Source: Calditrichaceae bacterium (lineage in GTDB: Bacteria; Calditrichota; Calditrichia; Calditrichales; JBFXGD01). Taken from it: a stretch of 64,000 nucleotides of DNA. The first letter of the stretch is position 1, and each line of letters starts with the position of its first letter. Below are positions 56,239 through 64,000 of this stretch, one piece after another. The stretch covers positions 1-64,000 of the forward strand of contig JBFXLE010000007.1 in assembly GCA_050173015.1 (NCBI GenBank), written 5' to 3'. Made by a program: the position numbers and the translations under genes. Under the pieces are notes generated by a model. The model was not told the DNA's origin, did no database searches, and saw nothing but the letters and a program-made list of their open reading frames with translations.

Positions 56239-56496
56239 ATGAAAAATTTACTGATTATCACAGCATTGGCGGGTGTCATCATGTTTTTCCCTGTCTCAAT
56301 CAATAACAGCACCTGTCTTTTCGGCTACCTCACCGGAAGTTGGATTCACAGCGCGGATCATGCTCACGGGATGGGTTCTGTTATGCTGAATCATTATCTC
56401 AGAAATTTTGTGTTCTTCTGGTGGGGTTCAATCGCTCTTGCTATTTATCTGTTGACCCGAAAAAAGAAAACCGATGAAAAAAAGGAAATACAATGA
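56239..56496 (+). CDS. Small two-TM protein with His-rich loop
   Basis: MKNLLII... from ATG 56239; loop contains a Cys and HSADHAHGMG; stop overlaps the TolC start (ATGA). Confidence 0.6.
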   Translation: MKNLLIITALAGVIMFFPVSINNSTCLFGYLTGSWIHSADHAHGMGSVMLNHYLRNFVFFWWGSIALAIYLLTRKKKTDEKKEIQ

Positions 56497-57734
56497 TTTA
56501 CAAACGGATTCTCAGGATTTTTATTTTTTTACTGATCATCACCGGCCAGATACAGGCGCAGGCAAGTCTTGACCAATTGATTGAAGAGGCTCTGCACGCG
56601 AATCCGGATATTAACCGGGTTAAAAATGAACTTAATGCTCGGAAATTCAACATCGGACCCGCCGGCAGTCTGCCGGATCCCGAAATAACATTTGGCCTGA
56701 ATAACCTGCCTACGGATACTTATGCTTTCAATCAGGAACCCATGACTCAAAAAACCATCGGTCTGATGCAAATGATTCCCTTTTGGGGAAAGTTGAACAT
56801 GAAACAGGATATGGCTGAAATTGACGCGCTGATTGGAGCGGAACGTTATGATGAATCCAAACTGCAAATTATAAGGCTCGTAAAAAACACCTATTACGAT
56901 CTCTACTATATCTCAAAAGCCATTGAGATAACAGATGAGAACAGGCAGCTTTTGGAAAATGTACTTCAGGTGGCAACAATTAAATATCAGTCGGGCAAGG
57001 GTATCCAGCGGGATCTTCTGCAAAGTCAGCTGGAACTGCTAAAACTGGATGAAATGCTTGAAATTCTGAAGCAGCAGGAATCGGTACTGAAAGCGCGGCT
57101 GAATATTTTATTAGACCGCGCCCCCGATCGACCGATTGAAAATCCTCAGACGCTCATAACCGGCAGATTCGATAAAAGTCTGGATCAGATCATGGAACTT
57201 TCGATTCAGAATAATCCCATGTTAAAGATAAAAGATATGACTACTGAAAAAACATCTGTCGCGGAGAAGTTAAAAAGAAGAGAATATTGGCCGGATATCT
57301 CCCTTGCCGCCATGTACGGGCAGCGTGAGAATCGGCCCGACTTTTTATCGGCAACTGTTTCCCTCAGCATACCGATCTACGCCCGTCGAAAGCAAAGTCA
57401 AAAAGTTCAGGAGGCAGCCGCCCTGAATGAAAGCGCTAAATTCGATTATGAAGACACAAAGAATGACCTTCTGTATCAGATAAAAGTCATGTATGATGAT
57501 TCTCAAAAAAATCACAGGCTTCTGGAGCTCTATGAGAATCAGATGATACCGCAATCCCGACAGGCCTATGAATCGGCTATTTCAGCTTACACAAACGACC
57601 GCATCGATTATACCTCAATGATCGATAACCTGATGACCGTCTACAAGTATCAGCTGGCGCGTGAAAATGTTTTGTCCGCCTATAATAAAAACATCGCGGA
57701 TCTTGAATTTTTGACGGGAGAAGGGGTGAAGTAG
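56493..57734 (+). CDS. TolC-family outer membrane efflux protein (CusC-like)
   Basis: Signal peptide, LPDP, Q.IPFWGK, WPD, SIPIY repeats of the OEP family; upstream of MFP and RND genes. Confidence 0.9.
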   Translation: MIYKRILRIFIFLLIITGQIQAQASLDQLIEEALHANPDINRVKNELNARKFNIGPAGSLPDPEITFGLNNLPTDTYAFNQEPMTQKTIGLMQMIPFWGKLNMKQDMAEIDALIGAERYDESKLQIIRLVKNTYYDLYYISKAIEITDENRQLLENVLQVATIKYQSGKGIQRDLLQSQLELLKLDEMLEILKQQESVLKARLNILLDRAPDRPIENPQTLITGRFDKSLDQIMELSIQNNPMLKIKDMTTEKTSVAEKLKRREYWPDISLAAMYGQRENRPDFLSATVSLSIPIYARRKQSQKVQEAAALNESAKFDYEDTKNDLLYQIKVMYDDSQKNHRLLELYENQMIPQSRQAYESAISAYTNDRIDYTSMIDNLMTVYKYQLARENVLSAYNKNIADLEFLTGEGVK

Positions 57735-57797
57735 GAAGTAGGAAGTAGGAAGTAAGAAGTAAGAAGTAAGAAGTAGGAAGTAGGAAGTAGGAAGTAA
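57728..57797 (+). repeat. Heptamer tandem repeat (GAAGTAR)x10
   Basis: GAAGTAG x3, GAAGTAA x3, GAAGTAG x3, GAAGTAA. The first unit supplies the TolC stop codon. More units near 57867 and at 58110-58137. Confidence 0.95.
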
Positions 57798-57836
57798 GAT
57801 TTAAGAGCGTTAAGAGAAAAGAGTTAAGAGTTAAGA

Positions 57837-57861
57837 GTAGGGGCACGATGCTCGTGCCCTA
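57837..57861 (+). repeat. REP-like palindrome (GTAG family)
   Basis: GTAG-GGGCACGA-tgc-TCGTGCCC-TA. Confidence 0.65.
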
Positions 57862-57865
57862 AGTT

Positions 57866-58330
57866 AGAAGTAGGAAGTAAGAATTAGTCTGAACTTTGAT
57901 TAAAATGATTAAATGATGAGCATGATTTAAGCACTTAATTCCGCGTACTCCCCGTAGGTCATCCTGGAAGGATCTTCTGCTTGATTGGGAAGAGGCGGAA
58001 AGTGAGAAAAAAGATAAAAGAAAAAAAATTAAGAATGGTCTGAACCGTGACGCGTCCGCCTCTGGTGGATTAATATAATTAAGAAATTGGAAATCAGAGT
58101 TCAGACAAAGAAGTAGGAAGTAAGAAGTAGGAAGTAAGAATTAGTCTGAACTTTGATTAAAATGATTAAATGATGAGCATGATTTAAGCACTTAATTCCG
58201 CGTACTCCCCGTAGGTCATCCTGGAAGGATCTTCTGCTTGCTTGGGAAGAGGCGGAAAGTGAGAAAAAAGATAAAAGAAAAAAAATTAAGAATGGTCTGA
58301 ACCGGGACGTGTCCGCCTCTGGTGGATTAA
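57866..58330 (+). repeat. 208-bp direct repeat, two copies (57866-58073 and 58123-58330), with inverted-repeat boundaries
   Basis: Offset of 257 nt and 3 substitutions seen by eye. GTCTGAACTTTGATT (57887, 58144) is inverted relative to AATCAGAGTTCAGA (58092, 58392). Confidence 0.93.
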
Positions 58331-58444
58331 AATGATTTAATGATTTGGATGATTAAGAAATTGGATATCAGGGTAATCATCTGATCACACAAATCAGAGT
58401 TCAGATAATGAAAATGATTGAAGCAAAAATCAAAGGAGTAAGGC

Positions 58445-60319
58445 ATGTCATTTAAAGAAATCTTTTTAAAAAATAAAACCCGGATTATTTGGAGCTCATT
58501 CATATTATTAGCGTTCATCATCGGTTACTCGCTGAACAGCGCTCCGAAAACATCAGATGAACATAATCATGCTGAAGATTCACTCCAAAAGAACACGATC
58601 TGGACATGTTCGATGCATCCTCAGGTTCAGCAGCCAAATCCGGGGCAATGCCCCATCTGCGGCATGGATCTCATCCCTGTCAGCAATGACAGCGGAGGCG
58701 ATGAAGGATACCGGGAAATTCGGTTGTCTGAAAAAGCCATAAAACTCGCGGAGATTCAGTTAGCCCGTGTCGAACGGCAGACCGTCCGCGCCAATATCCG
58801 TTTGACCGGTAAAATCGGATATGACGAAACGCGCCTTGGATATATCACATCCCGCATTCCCGGAAGGATTGACCGGCTGTACGCCGATTATACAGGAACC
58901 ACCGTCCGCAAAGGCGAAAAGCTGGCCGATATCTATAGTCCCGAACTTCTTTCCACACAACAGGAATTGATTCAATCCTTAAAAGTATATGATCAGTCCC
59001 AAAATGGTTCTCAGGCGATATCAAAAACGGCTCTTCAGACTTTAAACGCCGTGCGGGAACGGCTGCGTTTGTGGGGATTCACAAATGAGCATATAAGCGC
59101 CATTGAAAAGAGCGGAACCCCGGCCGAGCATTTACCGATTTACTCCCCGCTGACCGGCACGGTGATTCATAAGAATGCCGTCGAGGGAATTTATGTCAAT
59201 ACCGGAAGCCCGATCTACACGATCGCGGATCTTTCTCAGGTCTGGGTCCTTCTTGACGCCTATGAGAGTGATCTTTCCTGGCTGGCGGTCGGAAACGATG
59301 CCGAATTCACCGCTGAAGCCTGGCCGGGAGAGACTTTTAAAGGGAAAATATCTTTTATCGATCCCGTTCTCAATGATAAAAGCCGGACGATAAAAATTCG
59401 TGTTCAGGCGAAAAATTCCAACGGCCGGTTAAAGCCTGATATGTTTGTTCACGCGGTTATAAAATCAAAACCGGTCATGGCTGCCTCCGCCTTCCCGGTT
59501 TCTCCCCTGATCATTCCCGCGTCGGCGCCGCTTATTACAGGTAAAAGAGCGGTTGTTTATGTCGCAAATCCCGATAAAGACGGGATGTATGAAGGACGCG
59601 AAATTGTGCTCGGACCGCGGACCGGAGATTATTACATCGTAAAAGAGGGTCTCGATGAGGGGGAGATGGTTGTGGTTAACGGAGCGTTTAAGATCGACAG
59701 CGCCATCCAGATTGTCGCCAAACCCAGTATGATGAATCCTGAAGGCGGCACCCGCCAAACCGGACATGATCACGGCGGTAATTCTCAAAAAACGACTGCG
59801 CCGATGAAAAATAATGAAGACAAACAAGCGGCAGAAGAAATACAACGTTTTGATGGAATATCTGCTCTGTTCCTGACTCAATTAGACGGAGTTTACTCAA
59901 ATTATTTCGATATCCAGTTTGGCTTAAGTCATGACAATCAGGAAAGCGCGCAAAAAGCAGCGAATGATTTGTTGAAAAGTTTGAGTGATGTGGATATGAA
60001 ACTCCTCAAAGGCGAATCGCACATGGCCTGGATGAATAATCTGAAATTTATCAAAAAAGGCGGGGAAGGAATCAGCAAATCCGGGACGATCGAATCGGCG
60101 CGCGCCTCTTTTGAAACTTTATCGAACGCCCTTATTCAGACAGCCCGGCAGTTTGGTACCAGCGGGAAACAGGCCGCGCTGGTTTACCACTGTCCTATGG
60201 CATTTGACTATAAAGGCGCCGACTGGATTCAAAACAAGGAAGGCACCGAGAATCCCTATTTTGGAAGTGAAATGTTTAAATGCGGTTCAAAAATTGAAGA
60301 CTTAACAAAGAATAAGTAA
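58445..60319 (+). CDS. cusB: RND periplasmic adaptor (CusB-like) with N-terminal heavy-metal-binding motif and C-terminal DUF3347-like domain
   Basis: WTCSMHP...CPICGMDL, IYSPEL, IADLSQVW, LKPDMF; C-terminal HCPMAF...W.Q...NPYFG..M.KCG. Confidence 0.88.
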   Translation: MSFKEIFLKNKTRIIWSSFILLAFIIGYSLNSAPKTSDEHNHAEDSLQKNTIWTCSMHPQVQQPNPGQCPICGMDLIPVSNDSGGDEGYREIRLSEKAIKLAEIQLARVERQTVRANIRLTGKIGYDETRLGYITSRIPGRIDRLYADYTGTTVRKGEKLADIYSPELLSTQQELIQSLKVYDQSQNGSQAISKTALQTLNAVRERLRLWGFTNEHISAIEKSGTPAEHLPIYSPLTGTVIHKNAVEGIYVNTGSPIYTIADLSQVWVLLDAYESDLSWLAVGNDAEFTAEAWPGETFKGKISFIDPVLNDKSRTIKIRVQAKNSNGRLKPDMFVHAVIKSKPVMAASAFPVSPLIIPASAPLITGKRAVVYVANPDKDGMYEGREIVLGPRTGDYYIVKEGLDEGEMVVVNGAFKIDSAIQIVAKPSMMNPEGGTRQTGHDHGGNSQKTTAPMKNNEDKQAAEEIQRFDGISALFLTQLDGVYSNYFDIQFGLSHDNQESAQKAANDLLKSLSDVDMKLLKGESHMAWMNNLKFIKKGGEGISKSGTIESARASFETLSNALIQTARQFGTSGKQAALVYHCPMAFDYKGADWIQNKEGTENPYFGSEMFKCGSKIEDLTKNK

Positions 60320-60377
60320 ATGAATTCATCCAGGCGTCACCGGTGATTTCCGGTGAGCAATCTGAAATTGAGGAGAT

Positions 60378-63300
60378 ATGGAAAACTACAATCCTGTTGA
60401 TAAAATTATCCGCTTTTGTCTTGAGAACAAACTGGTTGTCAGTCTGTTTTTGATAATGATTATTGTTTGGGGTATTATGGTTGCCCCCTTCGACTGGAAT
60501 ATCACCGGTCTGCCGCGTGATCCCGTTGCTGTGGACGCGATTCCCGATATCGGTGAAAACCAGCAGATTGTGTTTACTGAATGGCCGGGGCGTTCTCCGC
60601 AGGATGTGGAAGACCAGATCACCTACCCTCTGACGGTATCGCTTCTCGGTATCCCCGGCGTGAAAACGGTCCGCAGTTATTCCATGTTCGGATTCTCAAC
60701 CATCTATATCATTTTTAAGGAGGATATCGAATTTTACTGGTCCCGGTCACGGGTTCTTGAACGTATGAACAGTCTCTCTCCGGGTACTTTACCGGCTAAT
60801 GTTCAGCCTACGCTCGGACCGGACGCGACCGCCCTGGGTCAGGTATTCTGGTACACGCTTGAAGGACATGACGAAAAAGGAAATCCCACGGGAGGCTGGG
60901 ATCTTCAGGAATTGCGTTCCATTCAGGATTTTTATGTGAAATATGCCCTGCTTTCCGCGGAGGGTGTAAGCGAAGTCGCCTCTGTGGGCGGATTTGTAAA
61001 GGAATATCAGATCGATGTGGACCCGGATGCCATGCGCGCGGCAAACGTGAGTATTAATGATGTGATCATGGCGGTCAAAAATTCGAATGTGGATGTGGGC
61101 GCCCGCAGCATCGAAGTCAATAAGGTGGAGTATGTCATTCGCGGGGTTGGCTTTGTAAAAACAATAAGCGATCTGGAAAATGCCGTTATTAAAGTGAATG
61201 ACAATGTCCCGATTTATGTAAAAAATGTGGCAAACGTCGCTCTGGGGCCGGCGTTAAGGAGAGGCGCGCTGGACAAAGAGGGCGCCGAGGCGGTGGGTGG
61301 TGTTGTCGTTGTCCGCTATGGCGAAAATCCGCTCGCCGTTATTAAAAATGTCAAAAAGAAAATTGATGAAATTACAGTGGGTCTTCCCCAAAAAACATTA
61401 TCAGACGGAACGGTTAGCAAGGTAAAAATAGTGCCTTTTTACGATCGTACCGGTCTCATTTACGAGACACTTGGAACTCTGAACAGCGCCCTCTTTGAGG
61501 AAATCCTTGTTACGATCATCGTTATCCTGATTATGCTTCTGCATCTTCGCAGCTCCATGCTTATTTCCGGTCTGCTGCCCGTAGCCGTGCTCATGGTCTT
61601 TATCGCCATGAAACAGTTCGGGGTGGACGCCAATATTGTCGCGCTTTCTGGGATCGCGATCGCCATTGGCACCATGGTCGATGTGGGTGTGGTGATCAGT
61701 GAAAATATTATCCGGCATCTTGAGGAAGCCGATCCATCTGAAAGCCGGCTGGAGGTCATATTCCGGGCAACGAGTGAAGTGGGCAGCGCCGTTTTAACGG
61801 CTGTCGCCACCACCGTGGTGGGATTTCTTCCCGTATTTACCATGGTGGCCGCCGAGGGGAAACTTTTTAAACCGCTGGCCTATACAAAAACTTTTGCCCT
61901 GATTGCCTCCATCATCGTGGCGCTGACCATTATTCCTCCTTTCGCTCAGGCTCTGTTTACTTTTAAAATTAAAGGTCAAAAGCTGCGCAAATATTTAAAT
62001 ATCGCCCTGATTTTCGTGGGATTCATCCTAATGATTCTGTTGCCCTGGTGGATCGGCATGATTGTGATTCTGATCGGGGTTTATCATTTATTCATTACCG
62101 GCGCCGCTGACAAATCCGGATCGGAAGATGAATATATCCGCATGGGTCAGTCCTTAAAAATAAAGAAAAGCCGGCTGCCCTATATTTCAAACGGACTGGT
62201 GATTTTGCTTGTTATCATTTTTCTGACCGATCACTGGCTGCCATTGGGCCCCGAAAAAGGACTCGTACGAAATGCCCTTTTTGTTCTCATTCTCATCGGC
62301 GGACTGATGTCACTATTTCTAACATTCCAGAAATACTATTCAAATATCCTGAGATGGGCGTTGGATCACCGTGTCGCGTTCTTATCAATCCCGCTGCTGA
62401 TTACTTTTATAGGTTTTAATGTGTGGCTTGGCTTTGATACTTTTTTCGGATGGCTGCCGCAGGCTGTGCGTGTTTCACGACCCGTATCCGCGGTTGCTCA
62501 CGCTTTTCCCGGATTAGGAAAGGAATTTATGCCGCCTCTTGATGAGGGTTCATATCTGTATATGCCGACAACCATGCCCCACGCCTCTATCGGGGAAGTA
62601 CTTGATGTCATGCAAAAACAGGATATTCGCATCAACGCCATTCCGGAAGTCGAGCAGGCCGTCGGAAAATTAGGCCGCGCCGATTCCCCTCTTGATCCCG
62701 CTCCCATTTCAATGATAGAAACGGTGATTAATTATTCCCCGCGTTATATCAGCGATATGGACGGAAAAAGTCTGACATTTAAATTTGACGAGGATTCGGT
62801 GGATTATTTCCGTTCGGTTGACGGAACTCCACTGCAGGCTCCCGACGGCGATCCTTACCTTGTTCAGGGTTCATTTATCCGCGATGATGAAAACCGCTTA
62901 ATTCCCCAAAACGGAGGTACCCCTTTCAGACTCTGGCGCCCCGCGCTCGATCCGGATCTGAATCCGGGCAGAGACCCCTGGCCCGGCATCAATTCACCGG
63001 ATGCCATCTGGGAGGAAATCCTCAAGGCCGCCGAGATGCCGGGAACCACCTCCGCGCCAAAATTACAGCCGATTGCCACACGTATTGTTATGCTGCAGAG
63101 CGGAATGCGCGCGCCGATGGGTATCAAAGTCAAAGGTCCCGATCTTCAGACGATTGAAAATGTCGGGATTGAACTGGAACGGTTTTTAAAACAGGTACCA
63201 TCGATCGAACCGGCGTCTGTGTTCGCGGACCGGATCGTCGGAAAACCCTATCTGGAAATCATCATTGACCGCAACGCCATCGCCCGGTACGGTATAAAAC

Positions 63301-64000
63301 TTAATCAGGTTCAGGAAGTCATCGAAACCGCGATCGGCGGTAAACCGATCAGCACTACCGTCGAAGGAAGGGAGCGTTATCCGATCAGAGTAAGATACCC
63401 GCGGGAACTTCGTGATAACATCGAAGCCTTGGGACGTATCCTTGTTCCGGCACCCGGGAACGCTCAGATTCCCATAGAGCAGCTCGCTGATATCGAATAT
63501 GTCCGCGGCCCCCAAATGATCAAAAGTGAAGACACCTTTCTCACCGGTTATGTATTGTTTGACATGAAACCCGGCTATTCCGAAGTCAATGTGGTTGAAC
63601 AGGCCAGGGATTACTTAATACAAAAAATTGAAGACGGTGAGTTAGATATACCCGCAGGAGTCAGCTATCACTTTGCCGGAAGTTATGAAAATCAGATCCG
63701 CGCGCAAAAAAAACTGACGGTAGTTCTGCCGCTCGCGTTGTTTATCATCTTTCTTATTCTCTACTTTCAGTTCAAATCCGTGCCGACAACCGCGCTGGTG
63801 TTTTCGGGAATTCTGGTGGCATGGGCCGGAGGTTTTATTATGCTCTGGCTATACGGGCAAAACTGGTTTATGGATTTTTCCATCTTTGGATCGAACCTGC
63901 GTGAATTATTCCAGATGCACCCCTATAATTTGAGCGTAGCGGTCTGGGTGGGATTTCTCGCGCTGTTCGGTATCGCTTCAGATGACGGTGTCATCATTGC
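60378..64000 (+). CDS. cusA: CusA/CzcA-family heavy-metal RND permease, partial (runs off the window; absent from the ORF track)
   Basis: SD GAGGAG then ATG 60378; VDAIPDIGENQQIVFTEWPGRSPQDVE, LGPDATALG, GIAIAIGTMVD, LYMPTT, PISMIET, RIVML, and AVWVGFLALFGIA in the same frame at the window end. Confidence 0.93.
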   Translation, partial: MENYNPVDKIIRFCLENKLVVSLFLIMIIVWGIMVAPFDWNITGLPRDPVAVDAIPDIGENQQIVFTEWPGRSPQDVEDQITYPLTVSLLGIPGVKTVRSYSMFGFSTIYIIFKEDIEFYWSRSRVLERMNSLSPGTLPANVQPTLGPDATALGQVFWYTLEGHDEKGNPTGGWDLQELRSIQDFYVKYALLSAEGVSEVASVGGFVKEYQIDVDPDAMRAANVSINDVIMAVKNSNVDVGARSIEVNKVEYVIRGVGFVKTISDLENAVIKVNDNVPIYVKNVANVALGPALRRGALDKEGAEAVGGVVVVRYGENPLAVIKNVKKKIDEITVGLPQKTLSDGTVSKVKIVPFYDRTGLIYETLGTLNSALFEEILVTIIVILIMLLHLRSSMLISGLLPVAVLMVFIAMKQFGVDANIVALSGIAIAIGTMVDVGVVISENIIRHLEEADPSESRLEVIFRATSEVGSAVLTAVATTVVGFLPVFTMVAAEGKLFKPLAYTKTFALIASIIVALTIIPPFAQALFTFKIKGQKLRKYLNIALIFVGFILMILLPWWIGMIVILIGVYHLFITGAADKSGSEDEYIRMGQSLKIKKSRLPYISNGLVILLVIIFLTDHWLPLGPEKGLVRNALFVLILIGGLMSLFLTFQKYYSNILRWALDHRVAFLSIPLLITFIGFNVWLGFDTFFGWLPQAVRVSRPVSAVAHAFPGLGKEFMPPLDEGSYLYMPTTMPHASIGEVLDVMQKQDIRINAIPEVEQAVGKLGRADSPLDPAPISMIETVINYSPRYISDMDGKSLTFKFDEDSVDYFRSVDGTPLQAPDGDPYLVQGSFIRDDENRLIPQNGGTPFRLWRPALDPDLNPGRDPWPGINSPDAIWEEILKAAEMPGTTSAPKLQPIATRIVMLQSGMRAPMGIKVKGPDLQTIENVGIELERFLKQVPSIEPASVFADRIVGKPYLEIIIDRNAIARYGIKLNQVQEVIETAIGGKPISTTVEGRERYPIRVRYPRELRDNIEALGRILVPAPGNAQIPIEQLADIEYVRGPQMIKSEDTFLTGYVLFDMKPGYSEVNVVEQARDYLIQKIEDGELDIPAGVSYHFAGSYENQIRAQKKLTVVLPLALFIIFLILYFQFKSVPTTALVFSGILVAWAGGFIMLWLYGQNWFMDFSIFGSNLRELFQMHPYNLSVAVWVGFLALFGIASDDGVII

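Noticed and set aside
57577-57846. 89-aa minus-strand ORF (LLPTSYF repeats)
   Set aside because: It is the translation of the heptamer tract and is antisense to the TolC gene.
57728-58405. Repeat cluster as a CRISPR array
   Set aside because: It consists of contiguous heptamers and one long duplication, with no repeat-spacer periodicity.
60386-63515. Many short minus-strand ORFs suggesting a gene-poor region
   Set aside because: They are antisense shadows of cusA, which the ORF track omitted because its stop lies outside the window.

Overview
Mostly core chromosome of a Gram-negative bacterium, probably of the FCB group. A Calditrichota-like lineage is an inference from lpxB, a PorZ/T9SS-type protein, the etfBA-ACAD cluster and the 5S rRNA style. 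In order, the window holds: a 5'-truncated orphan 5S rRNA joined to a block of stem-loops; a beta-barrel-type hypothetical; clpC; pgi; an SDR; etfB-etfA-acyl-CoA dehydrogenase; an alpha/beta hydrolase; an ABC-F; a 2910-aa glutamate-synthase-related fusion; metK; PGI/PMI; mannose-family PTS genes (EI, HPr, IID, IIC); a secreted TPP II-like S8 protease; an FGE-domain lipoprotein; a stand-alone cas6; mrp; recN; a PorZ-like protein; the riboflavin operon; a Nudix hydrolase; a sigma54 activator; copA; a methyltransferase; lpxB; lemA-TPM-TPM; amrB; and a sigma54 two-component system followed by a Cus-type efflux operon. The cusA gene runs off the window end, and the cusC-cusB spacer is full of repeats. 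Three items stand out. (1) An orphan, apparently catalytically degenerate Cas6 with no array or other cas genes, but with a consensus sigma54 promoter, an IHF site and a structured 3' UTR. (2) A giant permuted fusion: FAD oxidoreductase, Fe-S domains, two FMN barrels, an internal Ntn-GATase and a GXGXG domain. (3) The truncated 5S rRNA with adjacent structured RNA. All calls come from reading motifs by eye; no database searches were run.
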